DNA of 63,203 bases, filler included, from Octopus bimaculoides (GCF_001194135.2; 7 parts of 6 records of this genome joined end to end with filler, not necessarily neighbours in it), one strand, 5' to 3'; counted from the whole stretch's first letter, positions 14,423-26,329 are shown. The notes: generated by a model not told the origin, from the letters alone. Numbers and translations are program-made.

Positions 14423-15080
14423 GTAACAAGTGGCCTGCAAACTTTTACAGATTATCGGACCATGTACTTCTCAGTTCCATAGAAGCGCTTTGTACCATTA
14501 AGCTAAGAGACCCTCGGTTTCTAAGCTACAAATAATAGCGTGTAAATATTGGCTAAATAGTTACTTTGGATAGTAAAGGGCGAAGGTTGTTCGTAGTTGT
14601 TGAAACCACGTCTTCTCAAGCATGGCATACGTTCTATTATTGAACCAACTCATTCCTTCGAATTTGTTCATGTCATAAAAATTTAGAAACTTTGCGAGAA
14701 CATGAAAGAATTTGTTTTTAACGGTTGAATTCGAAGTGGATAAATCTATAGATAATAGTCTTTAAACAGTGCATTAAAAAAACTGTTTGGATTGACAAAA
14801 GATATTGTTATTGGAGAATTTATTACTCCCTCTGGTACTTCAGAAATATTTATGCCAAGGAATAGAATGTTTTAAAGTCTGCATTTGGAGATTGTTAACA
14901 ATTAACTAAANNNNNNNNNNTATCCAAACACACACACACACACACACAGACACACGTTTATGCGCACACACACTAACACCTGATCTGGATGGATAGATAA
15001 TATATTATTTGCACTGGAATTAATATATGCGATATGTGATTGTTTAGAGATATGCTGATCAATGAAGAATATGAACTTAC

Positions 15081-15194
15081 TTGCTAAGGCTTTTGCCACA
15101 ACTTCAGCATCAATCCCGTCGAATAGTTTATCTATTGTCCACGCCCCGGCACCAGTGAGGTAGTCGTATATTTCCTCTACACGTGGTCGTTTGG
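15081..15194 (-). CDS. 114-nt phase 1-1 exon (x)KRPRVEEIYDYLTGAGAWTIDKLFDGIDAEVVAKALA
   Basis: Acceptor gtattactcgttacag|, donor GCAA|gtaagt, open frame, GC-richer than its flanks, no TE motif recognised. Confidence 0.75.
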
Positions 15195-16658
15195 CTGTAA
15201 CGAGTAATACAAATAACACATAACATATTGTACTAAAGTATAAAAAGATATTAGTCAGTACATCACAATGTAATGTAAATGAATCTAACGCTCGAGCAGT
15301 TGTTGTTTTTATTTGTTGTTGTGGGAATTTAATTACGCCTATCTTGGGCAGTTTTAAGTGAGATGAAAAACATGTCTTTCATTTTGATTGTTTTCAACGA
15401 GAAATGTAAAATTAGTGAAAGTATTAAGCATAAGCTAACATTCTTTATTTCCAGAACAAGCAACGGAGATACCTCTCGAGTGTTCGCCTCAATAAGCTTC
15501 ATGATAAAAAGTTTGAATTTCGGTATTGCTCCCTAGTACATTATTAGTACGTTAATATACGTTAATGTTAACATGCATGAAACTATTAATAGAAATATAT
15601 ATTTGTAGCGTGGAAATACAAATATTACATAATCTGTTACAGTAACATAGCAGACAACGCTAAACATGGTTCGGCCTTATTCTGACATCATCAGTGAATC
15701 AGGCTTCACCATAATTGATGAAGTGGTAATAAATGAATTATTGAGTAAATATCCAACTTTGAGAATTTAATGATGCAAGATATTAGTATTGCTTAAATAT
15801 CAAGTTAATGAAAGACTTCGACCGAATGAAAAACAAGAGGTAACTTAGTGCTCATCACTTTTAATTTCATCTTTATAGCTTTTCTATAGTGATTAAGTTT
15901 GAAGTGAGAATATCGCACACACAGTAAGGCACAATATTTGCTTGTAAACGTGTTATATCCTTGGTAGTATATAATGGTTACAAAGTGAAATACTTAGCGC
16001 TAATATAGTTAAATAGATATGCGGCAATTTTAACACTTGGTGAGGCATGCTCACTGTTTAGTGCCTGAGACAACATGACGCGAAAGTCCCTATTTTCGGA
16101 ATTTCCCTCGGCGGGTCCAGGTTCTAGCCGTGGACATACCGTTTCACATTTGCAAGGACAAACATTTGCAGAGTCGACTAACATAACTTATTGTTTTATT
16201 GTTTCTCTCCTTTGAGTCGTAGACACTCATTTCAAGGCCATCTAGCAGCTACTACAAGCAGAGTAAGCGAAGGCATAAAACCAATCTCGTGTGCTCATGC
16301 TTTCTGAAGGCAGACTATTTCAAAAGATCTTTACCAATCGCCAATGAATTTTCCTTGTTTTATGGCATGAAAAAGAGAAGTAATAGTTCTCTTTCTTGCA
16401 CACACTATTATTCTAATGCAGATAACTATTTCAAAATGCTCAGTGATGTGAATGAGGAGGCTTCGTTTCGCCTAAAACTGAAATATATTGTTTTCTAACA
16501 CAATACCACATTACCACTAAATTTGTTTGCTTTTTATCTGAAGAAATATGCAGCTTTGGCCTTTCAACGATGTACATCCGCTTTATAGGTTATATAGATA
16601 AAGATTTTACTCTAGAGCTGGTTCAATTCTATTGCACAGTTCCATATATCTATTTATC

Positions 16659-16690
<32 letters not shown>

Positions 16691-16785
16691 TGTATATGCA
16701 TATATATACATACATATAGAGATATATATACGTATACATATATACATATTCATACGTATATGTACACACTCACACACACACACAC

Positions 16786-16825
<40 letters not shown>

Positions 16826-17488
16826 NNNNNNNNNNNNNNNNNNNNNNNNNNNNNNNNNNNNNNNNNNNNNNNNNNNNNNNNNNNNNNNNNNNNNNNNNNN
16901 NNNNNNNNNNNNNNNNNNNNNNNNNNNNNNNNNNNNNNNNNNNNNNNNNNNNNNNNNNNNNNNNNNNNNNNNNNNNNNNNNNNNNNNNNNNNNNNNNNNN
17001 NNNNNNNNNNNNNNNNNNNNNNNNNNNNNNNNNNNNNNNNNNNNNNNNNNNNNNNNNNNNNNNNNNNNNNNNNNNNNNNNNNNNNNNNNNNNNNNNNNNN
17101 NNNNNNNNNNNNNNNNNNNNNNNNNNNNNNNNNNNNNNNNNNNNNNNNNNNNNNNNNNNNNNNNNNNNNNNNNNNNNNNNNNNNNNNNNNNNNNNNNNNN
17201 NNNNNNNNNNNNNNNNNNNNNNNNNNNNNNNNNNNNNNNNNNNNNNNNNNNNNNNNNNNNNNNNNNNNNNNNNNNNNNNNNNNNNNNNNNNNNNNNNNNN
17301 NNNNNNNNNNNNNNNNNNNNNNNNNNNNNNNNNNNNNNNNNNNNNNNNNNNNNNNNNNNNNNNNNNNNNNNNNNNNNNNNNNNNNNNNNNNNNNNNNNNN
17401 NNNNNNNNNNNNNNNNNNNNNNNNNNNNNNNNNNNNNNNNNNNNNNNNNNNNNNNNNNNNNNNNNNNNNNNNNNNNNNNNNNNNNNNN

Positions 17489-17540
<52 letters not shown>

Positions 17541-17556
17541 ATGTATACGGAGGAGT

Positions 17557-17725
17557 ATGTCTCTTTGGTTAGACGTTTGCCTCCCAGCCACATTCCACCG
17601 TGGGCAAGTGTCTTCTAGAATAGTCTAGGGCCTGTCGTATATGTGTATGGCTACGTGTATCTTTGTGTCTGTTTTTGTGCCCCACCACAGCTTGGCAACC
17701 GGTCTTAGTGTGTTTACGTTGCACA
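17557..17725 (+). mobile_element. Degenerate SINE family B fragment
   Basis: gggcaagtgtcttcta core and cttggcaaccggtcttagtgtgtttacgt. Confidence 0.65.
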
Positions 17726-17789
17726 CTGTATTTTTACTGTATACAATACATAAATACATCAAATTCGGGAAATCTTGTGGATCTAAGCA

Positions 17790-18245
17790 TAATACACCAT
17801 GTCTCAAAGAATTAGAGTAGAGCTGATGAGGAATCTAGCAAATTCTTAACATCTAATAGGATTTGAAAATCATAGGAGGGAAGGTAAGAACATGGCGAAC
17901 AACAGTTAAGTCAAATAAGTAAATACAATCATTCATCAACAGGTGCTTGCGTAGTATATTTAAGATCAGATGGCCCAAACACATAAGCAATATGGAAATA
18001 TGGCAAAGAACGAATCAAGTTTCGATTAGGGAGCAAATATTTAAGAAAAAGTGGAAGTGGATTGGTAGCACACTTAGAAAGGACACACCAAATGTAGCAA
18101 AAAGGGCTTTATAGCGGAATCCGGACAGATATAGAAGGAGGGGTAGGCCTAACAACTCGTGGCATACATCAACACAAAAGGAACTAGAGAAAATGGGACA
18201 TTCATGGCTGAGTATAAGCACAGAAGCGAAAAATTATGTGACATG
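17790..18245 (+). mobile_element. RTE-clade LINE, C-terminal remnant
   Basis: IQSFINRCLRSIFKIRWPKHISNMEIWQRTNQ...KWKWIGSTLRK...RRRGRPNNSW matches the RTE post-RT region. Confidence 0.85.
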
Positions 18246-18259
18246 AAATTCAATTATAA

Positions 18260-18359
18260 NNNNNNNNNNNNNNNNNNNNNNNNNNNNNNNNNNNNNNNNN
18301 NNNTTAATTAATTAANNNNNNNNNNNNNNNNNNNNNNNNNNNNNNNNNNNNNNNNNNNN
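18260..18359. other. Artificial 100-bp scaffold join N44-TTAATTAATTAA-N44 (cores also at 24353, 30503, 53621, 58598, 61654)
   Basis: Identical six-frame-stop 12-mer centred in 100-bp N spacers, six times. Confidence 0.9.
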
Positions 18360-18390
18360 TATTAATATAGATATAGATATAGATATATAA

Positions 18391-18426
<36 letters not shown>

Positions 18427-18445
18427 AATAATAATGATAATAATG

Positions 18446-18481
<36 letters not shown>

Positions 18482-18505
18482 ATAATAATAATAATAATAA
18501 TAATA

Positions 18506-19714
18506 GGAGTCCTGCCACATGAGCAGAAGGGTTGCAAGCGTAAGTGCAGAGGTACCAAGGGTCAACTCCTGGCAGACAAAACTGTATTAAGAGACAAAAG
18601 AGGAGGAAAAGTAACTTAGCCATGTCATGGATTGATTATCGTAAGGCGTACGATGTGATCCCACATTCTTGGATTATGGAATGTATGAACTTATTTGGTA
18701 TTGCATCGAATGGTGAGTGATTGCTTGGAAAAAGTATTGCGAAGTGGAGGACGGAACTGACAGCATATGGAAGAAGTTTGAGGACAATAGAAATCAGGAG
18801 AGGCATCTTCCAAGGGGACTGCCTGTCCCCACTGATCTTTGTACTGTGCATGATACCACTAACACTGATTCTGAGGAAAGCAAAGGCTGGGTATGTATTC
18901 AAGATCCGCTAACAAAAGTCAACCACTTGTTATTCATAGATGACCTCAAACTTTATGGTAAAGATGAATCACAAGTCAGTTCCCTCGTTGATACAGAGTA
19001 TACTTTCAGTGCTGATATCAGCATGGAGTTCGGGCCAAAAAAAGTATGGTGTGTTAGTCTTGAAGTGAGGCAAAATGAAATGTATGGACGGGCTAATGAT
19101 ACTGTCGGGGCAAGTTATGAAGCAGATAGAACAGACGGGCTATAAGTACTTGAGAATATTGGAAATGGATAAATCGATGGAGGAAGAAATGACAGAAAAA
19201 TTTTAGGTTGAGTATTTGCGCAGTCTGAGACTGAGCCTTAAGTCAAACTTAAACGGACCGAATAAGATTGAAGCTATGAACACCTGGGCGGTTTTGCTCC
19301 TTAGATATGGAGCAGGGGTAATCACATCGACAGTAGACGATCTAAACAGCTTAGAGAGAAAGACAAGGAAGTTGCTGACTAAATATGGGATAATCTACCC
19401 AAAAAGTGACACAGACAGACTGTATGTACCAAGAAAAAGAGGAAGAAGAGGACTGATTGGATGCGAACACAGCATTAGAGGAAAAGAAAACAACATAGCA
19501 TGGTATGTAAAATATGTCACAGAACCGCTATTACTATAGGTAAGAAGGTCAGGTTTGTGTAGGTTAGAAGATTGCAAAAATAAAGCACTGTGCAAGGATT
19601 TGAGAATGAACGAAACTGAAAATAGGTGGATAAAGAAAAGAATACATGGACAATTTCATAGGGATGTTGGAGATAAGACAGACAGAGAAGAAAGATGGCT
19701 ATGGATGACTAAAA
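18506..19714 (+). mobile_element. 5'-truncated R4/Dong-like LINE, RT domain, decayed
   Basis: [10 protein letters not shown]...AMSWIDYRKAYDVIPHSW, IRRGIFQGDCLSPLIF, NHLLFIDDLKLY, KSDTDRLYVPRKRGRRGL; stops and frameshifts. Confidence 0.92.
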
Positions 19715-19834
19715 GTGTGCATATATCTATGTATTTACGAAAGTATGTAAGCAGCGTCGCGTCTATATCTTTGAATAACAGCTGTATTAATTTTCTCGGC
19801 GTTTTAAGTTACTTATCTGTATGGGCATGTGCGC

Positions 19835-19943
19835 GTGCGCATTGTGTGTGTGTGTGTGTGTGCATTGTGTGTGTGTGTGCATTGTGTGTGTGTGTGCATT
19901 GTGTGTGTGTGTCTGTGTGCATTGTGTGTGTGTGTCTGTGTGC

Positions 19944-19980
<37 letters not shown>

Positions 19981-20020
19981 ATTGTGTGTGTGTGTGCATT
20001 GTGTGTGTGTGTCTGTGTGC

Positions 20021-20060
<40 letters not shown>
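19835..20060. repeat. (TG)n array with periodic GCATT interruptions
   Basis: Direct. Confidence 0.9.
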
Positions 20061-20063
<3 letters not shown>

Positions 20064-20149
20064 GTTTGTGTGTATGTATCCATGTATTTACGAAAGTATG
20101 TATGCAGCTTCGCGTGTATATCCCTGAATAACAGCTGTCGTTTTACCAA

Positions 20150-20360
20150 ATAATAACCTAACCGAATAAAATAAATGAGTTGACCGGCAACACCAGGAAA
20201 GCGCCCCCTAGAGGGAGCCCATCATAGATTTTTATTGAAATCCAATTAGCCTATAATTCAACTGGATGTTAGTTTAACATGTATGCAAAGTTTCGTCAAG
20301 GTTGGTTCACTAGTGTAGCAAGATGGTAACAGACAGACAGAAATTGCTATTTATGTATGA
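20150..20360 (+). mobile_element. Possible non-autonomous Helitron/Helentron-like (DINE-1/Lep1-type) remnant
   Basis: gcaaagtttcgtcaaggttggttcactagtgtag...acagacagacaga...tttatgtatgat resembles such 3' ends (recalled resemblance only). Confidence 0.4.
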
Positions 20361-20367
20361 TGTATAT

Positions 20368-20568
20368 ATTTGTGTGTCTGTGTTTGTCCCTCTCTCCCGT
20401 CGCTTGAAACCGATGTTGGTGTGTTTCCGTCTCCGTAACTTGGCGGTTCGGCAAAAGATGCCGATAGAATAAGTTCTAGGCTTACAAAGAGTAAGTCCTG
20501 GGGTCGATTTGTTCGACAAAAGGCGGCCAGAATGGCCGCAGTCTAATGACTGAAACAAGTAAAAGAAT
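20368..20568 (+). mobile_element. SINE family B, 3' half
   Basis: gcggttcggcaaaag...gtcctggggtcgatttg...aatgactgaaacaagtaaaaga. Confidence 0.9.
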
Positions 20569-20745
20569 ATATATTTGGTTTAATGAGAGAGACGGAAGAG
20601 GGAAGGTACGAGAATTTTTATTAATCATTACAACTGTTTCGACCCATACGTTTTATTATCTAATAACAATAAAAATATATACATGTGTATGTACATAAAT
20701 ATAAACAAACTAACATTTATTTTTATAAGCGTCTAAATATGTATT

Positions 20746-21181
20746 GAACGATACAAATTAGATAATATTTTTCAAACGCTGAACTGCCGTTAGATCAGCA
20801 GAAATACTGGGTAAATTACCCTTACAAACCAGAGAAAATTTGTCCACTACCAGCCATGGCACTCGAACCCATATTCCTCAAAGACCCCGGCCGAGTGCTT
20901 TACCATTAAGCTAAACTGTCTGCTGACAAATTTATCCGCGATTTTAGAAGCTAAATAACTAGTGTACAAGCTATTTAACGTCTAAACTCGCGGATGAATT
21001 TGTCAGCGAGCAGTTTAGCTTAATGGTAAAGCACTCGGTCGGGGTCTTTGCGGGATATGGGTTCGACTCCCACGGCTGGTTGTGGACATTTTTTTCCTGC
21101 TTTATAAGAGTGATTTACCCAGTATTTCTGCTATTCTAACGTCAATTCTGCGTTCGAAAAAATATATAATTTGTATCGTTC
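20746..21181. mobile_element. 436-bp palindromic element made of two inverted tRNA-like units
   Basis: Ends gaacgatacaaatta / taatttgtatcgttc; arms pair to a tgtaca centre at 20963-20968; each arm has an A-box (tagcttaatggtaaagc) and a B-box (ggttcgactcc / ggttcgagtgcc). Confidence 0.85.
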
Positions 21182-21749
21182 TCTCTATATATATATAGTG
21201 TCCATAAAGTCGTTAGACAAATAGAAATTACAAATTACTGTAAATCTCAAATTGACTTGCAAGAAATAGCAGCTAAATCTTAGCTGGGATCTTATATTTT
21301 TTTTTTTAAATTGAAAGAACACATTCGATAATGCTCCAGCAGATGTTTGGGATGATCATGGTCTGAATGCCTTGATCATGGGTCTCCTTTATGAATGCTG
21401 ACCTTAGGCTAAAGAACAATAACAACTGTAATGTCCTTACAGATTAATCTGTTTCAGGTGGTATTGGTGCGGAGGAGGAAGGAATCGATGGAAAGCGTAA
21501 TAGCAGGTTCGATTTTCACCGAAATCAATAGTGGTGGGATATATAAAATGTTTGTTTTTTTTAAACAATAAGACGTGGCAACTATTTGTTGTTCTATCAT
21601 ACGGTCTGTTGGTTGGTCAGACCATCTAAATGTGTGTCTGTATTGTCTGGCTTGTGTCGTGTATTTATGAATGTGATGTATATGTCATGTGTAAGTGTGG
21701 TGTGAGAGTGTTTTTGTGTGTGTGTCTGTATGTCTATTGCGTTCCCTTT

Positions 21750-22090
21750 TTTCATGCCAGTCCTCCTGAAAGCAATAAAGAAACCTAAGAACCGAAAATT
21801 CTCAGACCCAGACAAAACCACTGTCATACACCTAAAGTACTTAGAACTTAAAAGTATTACGGCAATCACCAACTCATACCAACATTGCCATGTTCTCAGA
21901 ATCTGGAAGCTGAGCAAAACAAAGACCAAAGTGAAGTAGCACCAGACATACCAAAGTACTCTCCAAAATACATCCCCCAAAATTCCTTGAAAGTTCATTC
22001 TTGACATCGCTAACTCACAAATACCCGCTCTCCAAATCAAAACACAGATTCTCGGATGGCTCATCTCACCAATCACTCCACTCACAAGTA
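21750..22090 (+). mobile_element. I/Jockey-type LINE, RT N-terminal remnant
   Basis: LLKAIKKPKNRKFSDPDKTTVIHLKYL...RIWKLS resembles KAIxxxKxxKAxGPDxI...WK. Confidence 0.65.
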
Positions 22091-22127
22091 TAACGTAAAA
22101 TATACATGACAGCTAGCTTCTATCGTT

Positions 22128-22344
22128 TATCTTTTACTTGTTTCAGTCATTAAACTGCGGCCATGCTGGGGCACCACCTTGAACAATTTTCAGTCCTTTT
22201 TTTTATTTAACCTGGTGGTTATTCTACCACTTTTGCCGAACCGCTAAGTTCCGGAGACGTAAACACGCCAACAGCAGTTAAGTTGTGGTGGGGTACAAAG
22301 GCAGACACAAAGACATAGACACACACACGCACACACACACACAA

Positions 22345-22375
<31 letters not shown>

Positions 22376-22444
22376 CACACACACACACGCATGCACGCAC
22401 GAACACACACACGCACACACACATACACGCGCGCGCACACATAC
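22128..22444 (-). mobile_element. SINE family B (head in gap)
   Basis: ttttacttgtttcagtcattaaactgcggccatgctgg...gccgaaccgctaagt followed by (CA)n. Confidence 0.85.
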
Positions 22445-22955
22445 NNNNNNNNNNNNNNNNNNNNNNNNNNNNNNNNNNNNNNNNNNNNNNNNNNNNNNNN
22501 NNNNNNNNNNNNNNNNNNNNNNNNNNNNNNNNNNNNNNNNNNNNNNNNNNNNNNNNNNNNNNNNNNNNNNNNNNNNNNNNNNNNNNNNNNNNNNNNNNNN
22601 NNNNNNNNNNNNNNNNNNNNNNNNNNNNNNNNNNNNNNNNNNNNNNNNNNNNNNNNNNNNNNNNNNNNNNNNNNNNNNNNNNNNNNNNNNNNNNNNNNNN
22701 NNNNNNNNNNNNNNNNNNNNNNNNNNNNNNNNNNNNNNNNNNNNNNNNNNNNNNNNNNNNNNNNNNNNNNNNNNNNNNNNNNNNNNNNNNNNNNNNNNNN
22801 NNNNNNNNNNNNNNNNNNNNNNNNNNNNNNNNNNNNNNNNNNNNNNNNNNNNNNNNNNNNNNNNNNNNNNNNNNNNNNNNNNNNNNNNNNNNNNNNNNNN
22901 GCAATAAGTATCTGAACTGTTATCTATTCTTTAAACCAACGTCTATATGACCTTG

Positions 22956-23385
22956 GGAGGCGCAATAGCCCAGTGGTTAGGGCAGCGGACTTGCGGTCTT
23001 AGGATCGCGGTTTCGAATCCCAGACCGGGCGTTGTGAGTGTTTATTGAGCGAAAACACCTAAAGCTCCACGAGGCTCCGGTAGGGGGTGGTGGTGAACGC
23101 TGCTGTACTCTTTCACCACAACTTTCTCTCACTCTTTCTTCCTGTTTCTGTTGCACCCGTATTTCAAAGGGTCAGCCTTGTCACACTCTGTGTCATGCTA
23201 AATCTCCCTGAGAACTACGTTAAGGGTACATGTGTCTCTGGAGTGCTCAGCCACTTGCACGTTAATTTCANNNNNNNNNNGTCTCTGGAGTGCTCAGCCA
23301 CTTGCACGTTAATTTCACGAGCAGGCTGTTCCGTTGATCGGATCAACTGGAACACTTGTCGTCGTAACCGACGGTGTGCCACCAC
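22956..23385 (+). mobile_element. Full-length tRNA-derived SINE family C with 11-bp TSD
   Basis: ggaggcgcaatagcccagtggttagggcagcgg head; TSD atatgaccttg at 22945-22955 and 23386-23396; inverted copy at 45690-46071. Confidence 0.92.
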
Positions 23386-23396
23386 ATATGACCTTG

Positions 23397-23930
23397 CCAT
23401 AGTTCCATAAAACACATACATTACCTTTGAAGACATTACAATCACATCCTTCTCCCAATCTCCAGATACGACTGCACAACTCCTGTTCTACTTAAATCAC
23501 CAACAGACTTAAACAACGCCTTCCAAATCCACTGCCTTCCTCCTGTTGAGCAACACTGGAGAACAACGAATACTACCAACAATCGCCCTGTACAATATAA
23601 ACATACTGTATACACAGAAATATACTAATAGTTACATGCAACTCTTCCCCAACATTCACAACACACATGGAAGTCAGTAGGGAAAGAAAACAACGCACAA
23701 GCACACTTTGAGCAACTACATTTGACCGACAGAAACAACGGTAAAATACAAATAATACATTAATCCCATTATAGATTATTCCATTCCTTACTGGGCCCCA
23801 AACTACGACAAACCGCAGAATAAAAGAAATCATGGAGTACTCATAACAGCGCTCTAATTTGTACAGACTTCACACATACTGACAACATATACAACGAAAC
23901 AAAGATGCAAAAAATGGCAGGTTACCAGGA
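23397..23930 (+). mobile_element. I/Jockey-type LINE, RT C-terminal remnant
   Basis: YITFEDITITS (degenerate YADD), SKSTAFLL, YK*YINPIIDYSIPYWAP, YNETK. Confidence 0.7.
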
Positions 23931-23962
23931 CGTGTGAGGGGTTCAATTTGTTATGTATACGT

Positions 23963-24029
<67 letters not shown>

Positions 24030-25804
24030 TGAGTGAGTGAGGGAGTGAGTGACTATGTGCACGTTGGAGAATGTGATCAAAAAGTTAAAGTTTCTTGAAT
24101 CGTAACTATGAGTTTCATGGATCCGATTATACAACGAAGGGTGCATGGTAATATGTAAACAAAAATTCTCTCGAGCATATCCAAATATGAATAATAAACA
24201 ATACATCAGAATTTGATAAGTTGAGTAAAAAGCGTCAGATAATGCATCTACCATCTCTCGGTTGCCGTACGCTGAACACAGAATATCTTTTATCTATGCA
24301 CAAAACACNNNNNNNNNNNNNNNNNNNNNNNNNNNNNNNNNNNNNNNNNNNNTTAATTAATTAANNNNNNNNNNNNNNNNNNNNNNNNNNNNNNNNNNNN
24401 NNNNNNNNATATATATATATACGGTAGCTATGATAAAACTCCGAGTTTCGGATGCTGGGGCGGAAACCCACACCGCCACCTCTTCAGTTATCTGACCATT
24501 GAAAATTGCTATGAAAATGACCGTTAAGCAAAGGGGAATTACTGTGTGGTTGACCTTTATTATGACAAAGAAGCTACCAGAATGACCGCTAAGTAAGGGA
24601 AGGGTGTAAAGGTAAGGGAGTAAAAATGTCCAAAGTATTCGCGTAAGCATACCAGTCCATACATACACATGCGCGCCCGCACACCGACGTACATGCGCCT
24701 ATATGTATATACTCATCCACCCTCGCTTGAAACACACACATGCTACCCCACACATTCGCCAATATATATATATTTTTTTTTTTTGGCGGATGTGTGGGTG
24801 AGCATGTGTGTGGATGAGTATATTCATATAGGCGCATGCACTCATATTTTATATGCATGTATGTATGTGTATGTGAATATAAGAAGATGAGAGGTTTAGT
24901 TCACTCGTGATCTAAACGAATAGTTAGGCTGTATAATTACTATAATTGGTCACCCGTTAGGTTCAGTATTAACGCAGCATTCGAAATACTGCCTGAATTT
25001 ACCTGTGATTATACTTAAGGACCGATACCTTCACGGAAGTATAGACCACCTTCCATAGCCTGTGAACTTTATTCTGTCTGTATTCTTCTATCTACTGTTT
25101 TAATCTGTGTTGTTCTGTCTACAATTTTATTCCTTTATAAACTGTGAACTCCATGTCTAGAACTTTCATATGCAATCACCTTGTCTCTGATGACCGAATA
25201 CCCAGTGTGTGTGCATGTGTGTATGGCAGGGTGATCCTGCTACGGACCAGCCTCCTTCCTGTCTGGTGGGGGGATGTGCTAAAGAATCCGGGAAACTGTC
25301 CTTATGAGCTTATGGCGCTGGAAGGATCTTTGAGCTTTTTTCGTATATATGCATGACATATAAGCGGATGTATGTATGAATTTATATTTAGTTGGCAAGT
25401 AATAGAGAAAATGCCTTGTATATATACCAAACTCGTTCAATAAAATTGTACAATATTGATTCTGTCTAAGAGAGTGTACAACATTTGACAGCTTCATAAA
25501 CGAATTCAATGTTCGTGAAATGACAGAAAAATATCGGCATGGCAGCTATTTTATGAAACTTTTTTTCTAGTAAATATATTTTCTTAGAATATCAGTTGAA
25601 TACCATAAGCCTGGCTTCAATTGCTCTGAATTCCTAAAAACACCGGCTATTGCAAAGAAAACTAAAAAATATTAATAGCAGGGTGGAAATGGACTATTGA
25701 ATACGATTGAGAAATATCACGTGACATTGATTTTTTCCAAACGTTCTCTTGAATCATTTAGTATTCACCATAATCATTTTCTCACTTTCTCTATGGTTTT
25801 CGCG

Positions 25805-26090
25805 TGTCTATATGTGTGTATGTATGTATGTATGCATGCATGTATGTATGTATGTATGTATGTATGTATGTATGTATGTATGTATGTATGTATGTATGTG
25901 TGTCTGTGTATGAATGTGTACATGTACGTATGTATGAAATGTATATATGTAAGTATGCATGTATGCGTGTACGTATGTATGTATGCATGGATGGATGGAT
26001 GGATGGATGGATGGATGGATGGATGGATGGATGGATGAATGGATGGATTGAGGGAGGGAGGGATGAGTAAGTGGATGGATGGGTAGTGGA
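25805..26090. repeat. (TATG)n to (GATG)n to (GAGG)n compound tetranucleotide tract
   Basis: Direct. Confidence 0.9.
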
Positions 26091-26329
26091 AGGGATGGCC
26101 TGGTGGCTGAATGACTGGATTGACGCTCTTTTCCACATTTTATTATTTGAACACTTTCTGTAGGGAAGGAGTCGATTTCTAAAAATAATATAACGGAGAT
26201 TACCAAAACAGTGTCACATTTTTAACTTGATAAAAATTTTGCATGTTTTTACTTTTCCGCTTGAAAATTATATTTTCTAGGTACATGTTAGCTGGTTGAT
26301 TTTTTTTTCTGGAAACTCAGCTTATTTTG

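Noticed and set aside
16070-16125. Plus-strand GISLGG (GxSxG hydrolase-like motif)
   Set aside because: Short, bounded by stops, weak donor; a five-residue motif is expected by chance.
22956-23030. tRNA gene calls at SINE heads (also 33639, 46071, 59348) and in the 20746 palindrome
   Set aside because: They continue into SINE bodies or lack a proper anticodon stem; tRNA-derived, not tRNA genes.
23234-23317. Tandem duplication inside SINE-C; similar duplication flanking gap 27640-27751
   Set aside because: Identical sequence on both sides of an N gap indicates an unmerged contig overlap.
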